The notes: generated by a model from the sequence alone, not told the origin. 29,461 nucleotides of DNA from an uncultured Clostridia bacterium (GCA_944372595.1 CALVZT010000001.1:1-29461), one strand, 5' to 3'. Positions 9,296-19,599 are shown, numbered from the stretch's first letter. Numbers and translations: made by a program.

Positions 9296-10570
9296 ATGAA
9301 ATACAACGTAAAAAAAGAAAAAAATCAATACAAAATAACAATTTCCCTAGACGAGAAAGAATGGGAAGAAGCAATTGAAAATGCTTATCAAAAAAATAAA
9401 AGCAAATATAATATTCAAGGATTCCGCAAAGGCAAAGCTCCACGAAAAGTAATTGAACAAACTTATGGCAAAGGAATCTTCTTTGAAGATGCAATAGATG
9501 GATGTTTCTATAAATATTACTTTGAGGTACTTGGTAAAGAGAAAGAAATTGAACCAATAGATGCCCCACAAGTAGATATTCAAGATTTATCAGATAAAGG
9601 TATTACTCTTGTAGCAATAGTTGACAACAAGCCAGAAGTTAAACTTGGTGCATACAAAGGTCTTACAGTTGCGAAAGACAAAGTATCCGTAAAAGCAAGT
9701 GAAATTGATAAAGAAATAGAAAAAATGGCTGAAAGTCGAGCAAAATTTGTTGAAATTACCCGTCCTGTACAAAATGGGGATTTTGTAACGATTGACTTTG
9801 CTGGAAAAATTGATGGTGTATTATTTGAAGGTGGCACAGGAGTTGATTATGAATTAGAGATTGGCTCACACACATTTATCGATAACTTTGAAGAACAAAT
9901 TATTGGAATGAATATTGGTGAAACAAAAGATATCAATGTTAAATTCCCAGACAATTATCATGCCGAAGCTCTCAAAGGCAAACCAGCAGTATTCGAAGTA
10001 ACTGTCAAAAATATCAAAACAAAAGAATTACCTACAATTGATGACAAATTTGCAGACGATTGCAGTGAACATTCTACTCTTGAAGAACTCAAAAAAGATA
10101 TTAAAGAAAAGATAAAAGCGAGAAAGGAACGTGACGCTGAGCAAAAGCAACAAGAAGAAATACTCAAAATGATTACCGATGCATCTTCTGTTGAAATTCC
10201 AAGTACTTTGATAGATAGACAAGTTGAAGACTTTATCAAAGACTTTGAATACCGTTTGAGTTATCAAGGTTTAAAAATAGAAGATTATGTAAATTATATG
10301 GGTACAACCATTGAAGATTTGAAAAAAGACAAGCGTGCTGATGCTGAGAATACTGTTAAAACTCGTCTTGTTATAGAAAAAATCTTAACTGACGAAAAAA
10401 TTACAGTGACCGATGAAGATATCGCTGAAAAATATAATACTGGCAGAGAAAAACCATTAAGCATATCTGAAATCAAAAAAGAACTTAATAATGAACAATT
10501 AGCATATATGGAAAACGGCTTGTTATTAAAGAAATTTTTTGATTTCTTAAAAGCAAACAACAATATGTAA
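9296..10570 (+). CDS. tig: Trigger factor
   Basis: GFRKGKAP ribosome-binding loop; FKBP domain GDFVTIDFAGKIDG...FIDNFEEQIIGM...FPDNYHAEALKGK; precedes clpP. Confidence 0.98.
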   Translation: MKYNVKKEKNQYKITISLDEKEWEEAIENAYQKNKSKYNIQGFRKGKAPRKVIEQTYGKGIFFEDAIDGCFYKYYFEVLGKEKEIEPIDAPQVDIQDLSDKGITLVAIVDNKPEVKLGAYKGLTVAKDKVSVKASEIDKEIEKMAESRAKFVEITRPVQNGDFVTIDFAGKIDGVLFEGGTGVDYELEIGSHTFIDNFEEQIIGMNIGETKDINVKFPDNYHAEALKGKPAVFEVTVKNIKTKELPTIDDKFADDCSEHSTLEELKKDIKEKIKARKERDAEQKQQEEILKMITDASSVEIPSTLIDRQVEDFIKDFEYRLSYQGLKIEDYVNYMGTTIEDLKKDKRADAENTVKTRLVIEKILTDEKITVTDEDIAEKYNTGREKPLSISEIKKELNNEQLAYMENGLLLKKFFDFLKANNNM

Positions 10571-10592
10571 TTAATATTAGGAGGATAAAATT

Positions 10593-11180
10593 ATGTTAAT
10601 TCCTATGGTAGTTGACCAAACTGGCAACGGTGAAAGGTCATACGATATTTATTCAAGATTACTTGAAGACAGAATAATATTCCTAACTGGCGAAATTGAT
10701 GACAATACAGCAAATATTGTCGTTGCCCAACTAATATATCTTGAAGGCAAAAATCCAGATAAGGACATTTCTTTATATATAAATAGTCCAGGCGGTAGTG
10801 TATCAGCTGGTCTTGCAATATATGATACCATTAACTATATCAAATGTGACGTTAGTACGATTTGTATTGGGCTAGCTGCATCGATGGGAGCATTTTTGCT
10901 TAGCAGTGGTACAAAAGGCAAAAGATATGCCCTACCTAATTCTGAGATTATGATTCATCAACCACTTGGAGGTGCAAAGGGTCAAGCGAGCGATATCCAA
11001 ATTCAAGCAAATCAAATTCAAAAAATCAAACATAAAATAAATGATATATTATCAAAACAAACTGGTAAACCATACGAACAAATCGAAAAAGATACCGATA
11101 GAGATTTTTATATGACAGCAGAACAAGCAAAAGAATACGGGCTTGTAGATGAAATATTTTATACTCGCAAAAAGAAATAA
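10593..11180 (+). CDS. clpP: ATP-dependent Clp protease proteolytic subunit
   Basis: [31 protein letters not shown] (catalytic Ser), MIHQP (His) and DTDRDFYM (Asp); AGGAGG SD. Confidence 0.99.
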   Translation: MLIPMVVDQTGNGERSYDIYSRLLEDRIIFLTGEIDDNTANIVVAQLIYLEGKNPDKDISLYINSPGGSVSAGLAIYDTINYIKCDVSTICIGLAASMGAFLLSSGTKGKRYALPNSEIMIHQPLGGAKGQASDIQIQANQIQKIKHKINDILSKQTGKPYEQIEKDTDRDFYMTAEQAKEYGLVDEIFYTRKKK

Positions 11181-11195
11181 CATTAAGGAGGCAAT

Positions 11196-12461
11196 ATGCC
11201 AAAAGACAATAAATTAGTATGTTCATTTTGTGGCAAAACTCAATCAGAGGTCAAAAGACTAATTGCAAGTCCAGACGGAGAAAGTTTTATATGCGACGAA
11301 TGTATAAATATTTGCACAGAAATAATTAAGGAAGATAAATATACAAAAACTCAAAACAAAATTGACCTCCCTCTTCCCCATCAAATCAAGGAAATGCTTG
11401 ATCAATATATTATAGGGCAAGAAGAAGCAAAAAAAGTTTTGTCCGTTGCGGTATATAATCATTATAAACGAATTAATTATAATGCAGATATTAAAAAGAC
11501 AAAACCAACCGAACAACCAATAGAACTTGAAAAAAGTAACGTATTAATGATAGGCCCAACTGGTAGTGGTAAGACATTACTTGCAAAAACACTTGCCAAA
11601 ATTTTAAAAGTGCCTTTTGCAAGTTGCGATGCAACTACTCTAACAGAGGCAGGCTATGTTGGAGATGATGTTGAGAACATTCTTCTAAAATTAATTCAAG
11701 CTGCTGATTATGATATTGAAAAGGCTCAACGTGGTATAATCTATATCGACGAGATTGATAAAATTTCGAGAAAAAGTGAAAATCGCTCTATTACAAGAGA
11801 CGTATCCGGCGAAGGTGTTCAACAGGCATTATTAAAAATACTTGAAAGCACAGTAGCAAGCGTTCCTCCACAAGGTGGTAGAAAACATCCACAACAAGAA
11901 ATGATAGCAATTGACACAACAAATATACTCTTTATTTGTGGTGGTGCCTTTGTTGGACTTGAAAAAATTATTAATAAGCGCATAACTGATGCATCATTAG
12001 GATTTGGAGCAGGTATCAAGTCATCAAAAGATGATGTTGAAAATTATGAATTAATTAAACAAATTACTCCTCAGGACTTAATCAAATTTGGCCTTATACC
12101 AGAATTTGTTGGAAGGCTACCAATTGTTGTTGGACTTCACGACCTAACCGAAGACGCATTAAAAATAATTTTAACTACTCCAAAAAATTCAATTACCAAA
12201 CAATATCAAAAAATGTTTGATATGGATGGAATCAAATTATCATTTGACGAAGGTGCAATTGATGCCGTTGCAAAAAAAGCAATGAAACTCAAAACTGGCG
12301 CAAGAGGATTAAGAACGATATTAGAAGAATCAATGTTATCATTAATGTACACTGCTCCTGCCGACAAATCAATTGATAGCATTACTATAAATGAAGACTT
12401 TATCACAAAAACTGCCGAACCAATTATTCACAGAAAAAAATCAGAAGAAGAGAGTGCTTAA
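11196..12461 (+). CDS. clpX: ATP-dependent Clp protease ATP-binding subunit ClpX
   Basis: C4 zinc finger CSFC...CDEC, Walker [44 protein letters not shown] loop and GARGLR. Confidence 0.99.
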   Translation: MPKDNKLVCSFCGKTQSEVKRLIASPDGESFICDECINICTEIIKEDKYTKTQNKIDLPLPHQIKEMLDQYIIGQEEAKKVLSVAVYNHYKRINYNADIKKTKPTEQPIELEKSNVLMIGPTGSGKTLLAKTLAKILKVPFASCDATTLTEAGYVGDDVENILLKLIQAADYDIEKAQRGIIYIDEIDKISRKSENRSITRDVSGEGVQQALLKILESTVASVPPQGGRKHPQQEMIAIDTTNILFICGGAFVGLEKIINKRITDASLGFGAGIKSSKDDVENYELIKQITPQDLIKFGLIPEFVGRLPIVVGLHDLTEDALKIILTTPKNSITKQYQKMFDMDGIKLSFDEGAIDAVAKKAMKLKTGARGLRTILEESMLSLMYTAPADKSIDSITINEDFITKTAEPIIHRKKSEEESA

Positions 12462-12464
12462 AGT

Positions 12465-13040
12465 ATGGCAATTGAATTTATAACCAGTGTAGCAAGTGCT
12501 GATAAATTATTACAAACTTCATATCCCGAAGTCGCTTTTGTCGGCAGAAGCAACGTTGGTAAAAGTTCAATTATAAATTTAATCGCTGACAACAAAAAAC
12601 TAGCCAAAACTTCATCTACCCCAGGAAGAACACGACTTGTTAATTACTTTTTAGTAAATAATAATTATTATCTAGTTGACTTACCAGGGTACGGATATGC
12701 TAGGGCCAACAAATCCATCAAATCGACTTGGGATAAATTGTTAGATAGTTATTTAACCAAGAGCAAAAATTTGAAATGTGTTTATCTGTTACTAGATATT
12801 AGACATCTACCTAGCCAACTTGATAAGCAAATGGTGGAATATTTATACTACAACAACATTCCAATAGTTTTTATTTTAACTAAGGCCGACAAACTATCAA
12901 AAGCACAACAAAATAACAATGCAACAAAAATTGCAAACGAACTTGGTATTCCAAAAGCCAACTTTATAATAACTTCGGCAGAAAAAAAATTGGGCAAAGA
13001 CCAAATAATTGCAGATATAATCAATAAAATATCCCAATAA
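12465..13040 (+). CDS. engB: Ribosome biogenesis GTP-binding protein YihA/YsxC (EngB)
   Basis: G1 GRSNVGKSS, G2 TPGRT, G3 DLPGYG and G4 TKADK; conserved position after clpX. Confidence 0.97.
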   Translation: MAIEFITSVASADKLLQTSYPEVAFVGRSNVGKSSIINLIADNKKLAKTSSTPGRTRLVNYFLVNNNYYLVDLPGYGYARANKSIKSTWDKLLDSYLTKSKNLKCVYLLLDIRHLPSQLDKQMVEYLYYNNIPIVFILTKADKLSKAQQNNNATKIANELGIPKANFIITSAEKKLGKDQIIADIINKISQ

Positions 13041-13055
13041 TATTATGATAGTAAT

Positions 13056-13082
13056 AGAGAACATTAATTGTTCTCTTTTTTT
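13056..13082 (+). terminator. Rho-independent terminator of the tig-clp operon
   Basis: AGAGAACA-ttaat-TGTTCTCT followed by a T run. Confidence 0.8.
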
Positions 13083-13088
13083 CTTTAT

Positions 13089-13118
13089 CACAATTTTTAT
13101 TTTTTTTGCATAAGATAA
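13089..13118 (+). promoter_or_regulatory. Putative sigmaK (late mother-cell sporulation) promoter
   Basis: CACA(13089-13092)-N16-CATAAGATAA(13109-13118) matches the B. subtilis sigmaK consensus mACm-N16-CATAnnnTA. It lies just after a terminator and about 30 nt before AGGAGGT-ATG. Confidence 0.62.
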
Positions 13119-13148
13119 AACGTATAGGTAAAACATAGGAGGTAAAAA

Positions 13149-13802
13149 ATGTCATTTTATACTAGCAATCGTACAGGTAACTGCCCAGGAACTCTTAACG
13201 GCAATGCAATGAATGGAATTTGTGAAAAAGCATGTATCGAAGTAAACAAAGTTCTTGATGCTTGTATGAAACAAACTCAACAATCAATGCAAGTTACCCT
13301 TACAAATCAAACTCCTGCAAGTCCTACTACACCTTTAACTTTTGTTAGCGCGACCACAAATGGTCAATCCACTTTAACTGATTTAGTTGTAGAGCGTTTG
13401 GTAGATAGACCTAATTTTGCTCGTGTAACCGGCAACGTTAACATCCCTATTCTTGTTACATACACCGACGCAAACAATGTAACTGGTACAGGTGAAGCAA
13501 CACTAACAATACCATTTGACGTGATTTTGTTTGTGCCTCAACCATCAATAGTACCATTTACAATCGAAGCATTCGGCAGTAGTTCAAGCCCTAGTGGTAG
13601 TTATGTTAGCGGAAGTGTATTCAATATAAATACATGTGTTGCGGTTATAATAAAAGTAGTAGTAGAAGCAGACATCTTAGTACCAAGTTACGGATATTGT
13701 TCTTTCCCACCATGCCAAGAATATACCCAGGATGTTTGCACAGGTTTCTTTGATTTGCCACTATTCCCTACCGCAGTACAAACTGGCCGTTGTGGAACTT
13801 AA
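13149..13802 (+). CDS. Conserved Cys-rich soluble protein, probable spore coat/exosporium-associated protein
   Basis: 217 aa, 9 Cys, no TM or signal peptide. Motifs ACIEVNKVLDAC and LVPSYGYCSFPPC. Strong SD, with its own sigmaK-like promoter and terminator. The function is inferred. Confidence 0.55.
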   Translation: MSFYTSNRTGNCPGTLNGNAMNGICEKACIEVNKVLDACMKQTQQSMQVTLTNQTPASPTTPLTFVSATTNGQSTLTDLVVERLVDRPNFARVTGNVNIPILVTYTDANNVTGTGEATLTIPFDVILFVPQPSIVPFTIEAFGSSSSPSGSYVSGSVFNINTCVAVIIKVVVEADILVPSYGYCSFPPCQEYTQDVCTGFFDLPLFPTAVQTGRCGT

Positions 13803-13835
13803 AAAAAACACCCTACTTCAAAGGGTGTTTTTTTT
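13802..13835. terminator. Bidirectional Rho-independent terminator between convergent genes
   Basis: AAAAAAACACCCT-acttcaa-AGGGTGTTTTTTTT, flanked by A and T tracts. Confidence 0.9.
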
Positions 13836-13841
13836 ATTTTA

Positions 13842-14222
13842 TTAAAACAAAGCAATAATTGCAAAAATTGTCATTCCACAAAATATACCACTCAAACATA
13901 TAAATAACAATGATGGTAAAAATACATCCATTTTACCAAGTCCACGTATTTTACTTTTTGGTTTGCCCTCTCCAATATAATATTGACCTTCGTCATAACT
14001 ATATTCACTTGCATCAAATATTTCATCTCTTGGATCATAGGATATTTTGTTCCTATATTTTTTTATTGACTTAATAGCACTCATAATACATGCAACAGCC
14101 ATAAAAAGCGAGAATAACAAATAAAATATCTCAGCTACTGCAATTAATGGAACACAAATAATACCAATGCCATACATCACAAGCATTGCAATGTTGTATT
14201 TGTCTTTAAAATACTCTTTCAT
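13842..14222 (-). CDS. Hypothetical membrane protein (2 N-terminal TM plus 1 C-terminal TM)
   Basis: AGGAG SD, hydrophobic segments at both ends, charged middle; last gene of the sepF/lspA operon. Confidence 0.75.
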   Translation of the reverse strand: MKEYFKDKYNIAMLVMYGIGIICVPLIAVAEIFYLLFSLFMAVACIMSAIKSIKKYRNKISYDPRDEIFDASEYSYDEGQYYIGEGKPKSKIRGLGKMDVFLPSLLFICLSGIFCGMTIFAIIALF

Positions 14223-14231
14223 TCAATTCTC

Positions 14232-14483
14232 CTACACAAAATATAATGCAACTATTGCAATTAAAGCAATAATTAATAAAATCATAAATATTACACTTCT
14301 TTTGCTTTTAGCATAGGAAAAAGCAACCATAGCAGTTACTACAAGCCCTAACACCGAAGATATTATTTTACAAACTTCCGCCGTCTTAGGAAATATCACT
14401 CCTACTGTCATACTTGCCAAAATTAATAATATTGCAATATAAGCAACAAACTGAACAAACCTTCTTAAAGTAACATTAGTCAT
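14232..14483 (-). CDS. Small hypothetical membrane protein (3 TM)
   Basis: AAGGAG SD; 83 aa with three hydrophobic helices; 9-11 nt gaps to its neighbours. Confidence 0.78.
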   Translation of the reverse strand: MTNVTLRRFVQFVAYIAILLILASMTVGVIFPKTAEVCKIISSVLGLVVTAMVAFSYAKSKRSVIFMILLIIALIAIVALYFV

Positions 14484-14494
14484 ATTGTATCTCC

Positions 14495-15391
14495 TTATTT
14501 TGTTCTCAACTTATTAAGATATTGTACAAAATAATCTGGTTCTTTTGCAACAAATTCCATTAACTTTTTTGTTTTTGGATGAGTAAATATAAGTTTATAT
14601 GCATGTAGCAATTGCCCATTTAAACCACTTACTTCTTTTCCATATACTTTATCTCCAATAACTGCATGTCCAAGATAAGCACAATGAACGCGAATTTGAT
14701 GAGTTCTTCCAGTTTGTAAAGAAAATTCAACAAAACTTGCTCCCCTCAAATATTCCAATGTTTTGTAATGCGTTATTGCAAGTTTACCTTCATTATCGCC
14801 AACTACAAACATTTTTTTGCGTTCTTTTGTTCCTCTTGCAATGTGTGTAGTAATTGTGCCTTCTTCTTTCATTTTTCCTTCAACAATAGCATGGTATATA
14901 CGTTTGCAATCTTTATTTTCTATCTGTTTTGCCAAACATCTGTGTGCTTTATCATTTTTGGCAATTACTATAAGTCCAGAAGTGTCTTTGTCAAGACGAT
15001 GAACGATACCTGGTCGATACGAACCATTAACACTGCTTAATGACTTCATACGATACATAATAGCATTAACAAGCGTATGTGTATAGCAGCCACTTGAAGG
15101 ATGAACGACCATACCTTGTGGCTTATTAATAACTGCTAAATCATCATCTTCATATACAATCTCTAATGGGATATCCTCTGGCAAAATATCGCTTATTACT
15201 TCATCATCAACCTCAACTTGTATTAATTGACCACATTTGATTAATGTTCCCGCCTTTACATATTTACCATCAAGCGTGATTCGGTTATTATCTATTAAAT
15301 TTTTTATTTGACTACGCGACTTATCTAATTTGCTAGCTATATAATTATCAAGGCGTATTCCATCACAATCAACAATAATTTTTTCTATCAA
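14495..15391 (-). CDS. rluD: RluA-family 23S rRNA pseudouridine synthase with S4 domain (RluD-like)
   Basis: RLDNYI (S4), NKPQGMVVHP, RPGIVHRLDKDTSGL and TGRTHQIRVH. Start moved to the in-frame TTG at 15391 (TTGA overlap with the lspA stop) because the ORF-track start at 15460 lies inside lspA. Confidence 0.93.
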   Translation of the reverse strand: MIEKIIVDCDGIRLDNYIASKLDKSRSQIKNLIDNNRITLDGKYVKAGTLIKCGQLIQVEVDDEVISDILPEDIPLEIVYEDDDLAVINKPQGMVVHPSSGCYTHTLVNAIMYRMKSLSSVNGSYRPGIVHRLDKDTSGLIVIAKNDKAHRCLAKQIENKDCKRIYHAIVEGKMKEEGTITTHIARGTKERKKMFVVGDNEGKLAITHYKTLEYLRGASFVEFSLQTGRTHQIRVHCAYLGHAVIGDKVYGKEVSGLNGQLLHAYKLIFTHPKTKKLMEFVAKEPDYFVQYLNKLRTK

Positions 15392-15843
15392 CTCTTCTTC
15401 TTTTCCTTGTAAAAAAATAAAATATAAATAGTGAGTAGTACCGCACCAATAAACAAACAAGAATCCGCTATATTAAATATAGGAAAACTAGGCCAAAATT
15501 CAAATCGAATAAAATCTCTTACATAACCTAAAAATATTCTATCTATAAGATTTCCTAATGCACCACCGATTATTAATGATATAGAAATATTATAGAACAA
15601 ATTGTTGTTTTTAAAAAACCAGTCAAATAGTAAAATAGCAACTAAAAACACAATAGTAATTGTAAGTAATAACCACAATTTGCCTGAAAGAATTCCCCAA
15701 GCCGCCCCAGTATTATGGTGACTGTACACCGATAATAATTTGGGTATTAATACAAAATATTGACCTTCAAATAGTATTTTTGTGATTAAGTCAATTAATA
15801 TTACTATTGGAATTACAATGCATTTAGTAAGCCATTTTCTCAT
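15388..15843 (-). CDS. lspA: Signal peptidase II (lipoprotein signal peptidase)
   Basis: DLITK, HNTGAAWG, GGALGNLIDR, VRDFI and FNIADS are the LspA signatures; lspA-rluD synteny. Confidence 0.98.
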   Translation of the reverse strand: MRKWLTKCIVIPIVILIDLITKILFEGQYFVLIPKLLSVYSHHNTGAAWGILSGKLWLLLTITIVFLVAILLFDWFFKNNNLFYNISISLIIGGALGNLIDRIFLGYVRDFIRFEFWPSFPIFNIADSCLFIGAVLLTIYILFFYKEKKKS

Positions 15844-15856
15844 ATAATGTCCTTAA

Positions 15857-16165
15857 TTAATTTAATATATATTTATTATCATTAACTTTTTTCATATCAC
15901 ATTTAAGAGCATAACAAGCCCCACTCAAAAAGTCAATTATTTTTGTTTTGTTGCTTGATGATAACTCATCTAACAAAATAACAACCTGTTTTTTATTTCT
16001 TAACAATTGAACAACAACTTTTAAATCATTATTGGATTTAATATGATATTCATTAATTTGTTCAGCGGGAATATTGTTGTCATCATTGTTATTTTCAACA
16101 ACTTTTTGTTTCGTTTGTTTTTCTTCAAATCCTAAACCCTTAAATATAATATCAAAAAATTTCAT
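15857..16165 (-). CDS. sepF: Cell division protein SepF
   Basis: Amphipathic N-terminus (MKFFDIIFKGLGF), then LRNKKQVVILLD and KIIDFLSGACYALKCDMKKV (IDFLSG.YA is the SepF signature); AGGAG SD. Confidence 0.88.
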   Translation of the reverse strand: MKFFDIIFKGLGFEEKQTKQKVVENNNDDNNIPAEQINEYHIKSNNDLKVVVQLLRNKKQVVILLDELSSSNKTKIIDFLSGACYALKCDMKKVNDNKYILN

Positions 16166-16167
16166 AA

Positions 16168-16767
16168 TTATCTCCTGTTCTTTTCTTTATTAATAGTTGT
16201 TGTTCCGCCATGTCCAGGATATACAGAATACCCATCATACTTAAACAACTTTTGGATACTATTAATCATTTGGTCTTTATCACTTGTTTTTAAATCATAC
16301 CTTCCAACTGCACCTTCAAATAAAGTGTCTCCGGTAAAAATATTTTTACCAATAATAATCGATATTCCGCAGTTAGTGTGACCTGGGGTATAAATAATTT
16401 TTATTTTTTTTGGAAAAATATTCAATTCTTCCCCGTCTAAAACTTCCTTTAATTCATCTTTTTCAAGACTACTAATAATAGGTTCGCCAAATGTTAATGA
16501 TTCGTTCATTTGGGCATCTTTTATATTATAAAGAGCACATGTTGACAAGTAACATTTGCATTTAAAATATTTAATATATTCGTCAAGATAAGTTATGTGG
16601 TCAAAGTGTGCATGAGTCAAAATTACTCCTACCACTTCTTTTCCATTCGTAATTCTTTTTACTTCTTCAAGAGGACTGGAAGCATCAATTATGAGGGCTT
16701 TGTTGCCATCAAAACACACATAAGTATTATTTCTTAAACTTCCACTAATAATTCTAATAATTTTCAT
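16168..16767 (-). CDS. MBL-fold metallo-hydrolase (glyoxalase II-like)
   Basis: NNTY, IID, THAHFDH, TPGHT, FTGDTLF and YPGHG. Confidence 0.93.
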   Translation of the reverse strand: MKIIRIISGSLRNNTYVCFDGNKALIIDASSPLEEVKRITNGKEVVGVILTHAHFDHITYLDEYIKYFKCKCYLSTCALYNIKDAQMNESLTFGEPIISSLEKDELKEVLDGEELNIFPKKIKIIYTPGHTNCGISIIIGKNIFTGDTLFEGAVGRYDLKTSDKDQMINSIQKLFKYDGYSVYPGHGGTTTINKEKNRR

Positions 16768-16776
16768 TTGTGCACC

Positions 16777-19497
16777 TTAATTCGACTTTTTTATAGCATC
16801 TACTGGTCGCATTCGACTAATCTTAATTGTCGGTATTATTGTAGCAATAATTGTGACCACAAGACAAGCAATTAATATAGCAAAAATTGGTTGAATCCCC
16901 ACACTTAATAAAGAAATTTTATCAATAACGTCAGATTGGAGGTATGTTTTAAAATTTGAGGATAACAACGAATTAACTCCCCAAATTCCAAGGAACATAA
17001 GTCCCCAAGATACTATCGTTGTGATTGCCCCAACTATTAAAGCTTCAATTAAAAATATTTTTGACACATCTGTGCCTTTGGCTCCAATTGCACGCAAAAT
17101 ACCAATTTCTTTCTTTTTATTTATAACACTAAGAGAAACAAAATTAAATAACAGTATCGTAGAAAAAATTCCTAAAATCAAAGCAACCCATTGAAATATT
17201 ATGGAAAATATTGCAAATATTTGACTTACCATATATAACGTATCGGATATTTCCGATTCATGATAAAGATAATTATCGTTTGCTGACTCTAATAATTTTT
17301 CAATTTCATACACATTTTCGGGGGTATCAACGTACACACCTTTTCTTGCAAAGTTGTTAATATTTAATTCATTAACTTTCTCATCGCTTAATATTCCGCC
17401 CAAAGACAACGAATAAATATCAGGCACTTCATATAAGGCAACAATATGGTAAGTCTCTACTTCGTATGCCACATTATCAACCGAAAACATTTTAAATGTA
17501 CCGATATCTATACTTTTAGGTTCAAAACCTTCAAAGTTATTGTTACTTGCAATATTTGTATTAAATATTTTGTTATACTCACTAGTCGATATTATAATAT
17601 TGTTTTTGTCTTGATTAACTAAATTAACATAATCATTGCTACTAAATTTTATATCAATATTATCCAAAGTGAGCAAATATATATAACTTGCTTTGAACAT
17701 ATATGCAGAAGAGGTCATACTTTTGGGAAAATCTTGTTCGTCAGAACTTTTTATCTTATAACGAGTCATATATGCACCCAAATTCGAAGAAGCAATATCA
17801 TTAACAATATCTTTGTTATATGTGTACATTATTGATAAAAAATTCGAAACTTCACTTGCAAATTGATTATAATCTTTGTGCCCCGTAAATTGCGAACTAT
17901 CCGCATTATATGTATTAATTAAATCTTGATATTTGGTTAAATAGTCTGTACCAATCACGGCAACTATGGGTACTGTTGTACCAAAATTATCAATAAGGTT
18001 GTATTTACCATCTCTATCAATTGCACTATAAATTTCTTCGGCACTTATTGTAGTAAGAGAAGCCTTGGCTCTTACAAAACACTCGATAAAGTAATCGGTA
18101 ACAATTACTCCATTGTTTGCATTGTCTAAATTACCAGATATAACATTTAAGTTGTCTTGTTTAAAATATTTTTTTAAATTATCTTCATTTGTAACAAGTA
18201 AACCACTAGTGTTTGATAAATACACAGAATCAACACTCTTTCCCATCAATGACATTATCATATTAATTATGTTAGAAGAAGAATTGTTAGAAAAAACCAA
18301 ATCAACACCATAATAATCATCGATATTATTAACTTCACCAAATACAGTGCGATATGTTTCATCATTTAAATTATTTTCAACATTGTAATTTAATGTTTCA
18401 TATTCATAATTATACTCACCTTGTTTGAGTATAATCGTATCAATATTATTTTTCTTAAAACTATTTGCCGAAGCGGACACAATATCATAGCCCGCAAATG
18501 TTTGACTTAGCCCAAACAAAGTCAATGCAATAACTGTTAAAAATATTGTTACTATCAATCTAAATTTTTTATGTGCAAAATTAGACACACCTATTTGAGT
18601 TGCAAATTTATTTGGAAGTCGCGATTTTATTAGTTTGAACTCTGATTTGTTTTTATTAATTACTTTTGTAGTTTTTTTGTATTCACTCTTTGCTAATTTT
18701 AACTTCGCGTTTTTATTATTGCTTATTGTATCATTTATTTTAGCTATTTGAGAAGCATTAAGGGGCTTGTTATATGGTATTGTGATTTCATCATCGTTTA
18801 CTTGAAATTCGATATTAGTATCATTTATTTTTGATACATCATTTATTACCTGTCCATCGTGTAATTCAATAATTCTATCTGCATATTTTTCAGCAGAATC
18901 TTTATCGTGAGAAACAATAATTATTAATTTCTCCTTTGCAAGATTTCTAAGTATATCAAATATTTGTTCAGATGTTTTTGAATCCAAGTTTCCAGTTGGT
19001 TCATCTGCAAGTATGATATCTGGATTTTTAACCAATGCTCTTGCAATAGCAACTCTTTGTTTTTGCCCACCACTTAGTTCATTCGGTTTTCTCTTTTCTA
19101 ATCCGTCAAGTCCAACTTGTTGCAAAATGTTTTCCACATCATTTTTGTTAACTTTTTTATTTTGCAATTTCAAAGCAAGCGAAACATTATCATATACAGA
19201 AAAATTATCCATAACATTGTATTCTTGAAATATAAATCCAAGATAAGTGTTTCTATAAGAATCATAGTCTTTGTATGAAAAATTTTTACTTGATTTATTG
19301 CGAATAATTATTTCACCTTTATCGGGAGCATCAAGTCCGCCAATAACATTCAAAAAGGTTGATTTACCACTACCACTTTTGCCCAACACAAAAACAAGTC
19401 CTTTATCTGGGAACTTAATATTCAAACCTTTAAGTGCCACACAGGAAGAACCTTTTTTGCTTTTATATGATTTATACAAATCCTTAACTTCTAGCAT
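16777..19497 (-). CDS. MacB-like ABC transporter, fused ATP-binding domain and FtsX-type permease
   Basis: Walker A GKSGSGKST, LSGGQKQR, Walker B ILADEPTGNLD and SHD H-loop. One TM near aa 315, a large extracytoplasmic domain, then three C-terminal TMs with KKKEIGILRAIGA and PVDAIK. Confidence 0.95.
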   Translation of the reverse strand: MLEVKDLYKSYKSKKGSSCVALKGLNIKFPDKGLVFVLGKSGSGKSTFLNVIGGLDAPDKGEIIIRNKSSKNFSYKDYDSYRNTYLGFIFQEYNVMDNFSVYDNVSLALKLQNKKVNKNDVENILQQVGLDGLEKRKPNELSGGQKQRVAIARALVKNPDIILADEPTGNLDSKTSEQIFDILRNLAKEKLIIIVSHDKDSAEKYADRIIELHDGQVINDVSKINDTNIEFQVNDDEITIPYNKPLNASQIAKINDTISNNKNAKLKLAKSEYKKTTKVINKNKSEFKLIKSRLPNKFATQIGVSNFAHKKFRLIVTIFLTVIALTLFGLSQTFAGYDIVSASANSFKKNNIDTIILKQGEYNYEYETLNYNVENNLNDETYRTVFGEVNNIDDYYGVDLVFSNNSSSNIINMIMSLMGKSVDSVYLSNTSGLLVTNEDNLKKYFKQDNLNVISGNLDNANNGVIVTDYFIECFVRAKASLTTISAEEIYSAIDRDGKYNLIDNFGTTVPIVAVIGTDYLTKYQDLINTYNADSSQFTGHKDYNQFASEVSNFLSIMYTYNKDIVNDIASSNLGAYMTRYKIKSSDEQDFPKSMTSSAYMFKASYIYLLTLDNIDIKFSSNDYVNLVNQDKNNIIISTSEYNKIFNTNIASNNNFEGFEPKSIDIGTFKMFSVDNVAYEVETYHIVALYEVPDIYSLSLGGILSDEKVNELNINNFARKGVYVDTPENVYEIEKLLESANDNYLYHESEISDTLYMVSQIFAIFSIIFQWVALILGIFSTILLFNFVSLSVINKKKEIGILRAIGAKGTDVSKIFLIEALIVGAITTIVSWGLMFLGIWGVNSLLSSNFKTYLQSDVIDKISLLSVGIQPIFAILIACLVVTIIATIIPTIKISRMRPVDAIKKSN

Positions 19498-19522
19498 TTA
19501 TTATCCTTTATAATACTATTTA

Positions 19523-19550
19523 ATTATATCACTAAATTAGTATGATTCAA
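19523..19550 (-). promoter_or_regulatory. sigmaA promoter of the ABC-MBL-sepF-lspA-rluD operon
   Basis: Minus-strand TTGAAT-N16-TATAAT with a TG extension (TGaTATAAT). Confidence 0.65.
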
Positions 19551-19599
19551 ATAAAAATATTGTATTTTTATATACATTTAGCATAAAATTTTTAGTAAT

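Noticed and set aside
9252-13136. Many minus-strand ORFs of 60-105 aa over tig, clpP, clpX and engB
   Set aside because: They are antisense shadows of conserved housekeeping genes, with biased composition typical of reverse frames.
15392-15460. N-terminal extension MFVYWCGTTHYLYFIFLQGKEEE of the RluD ORF
   Set aside because: It lies inside lspA in another frame; the TTG at 15391 overlapping the lspA stop is the more plausible start.
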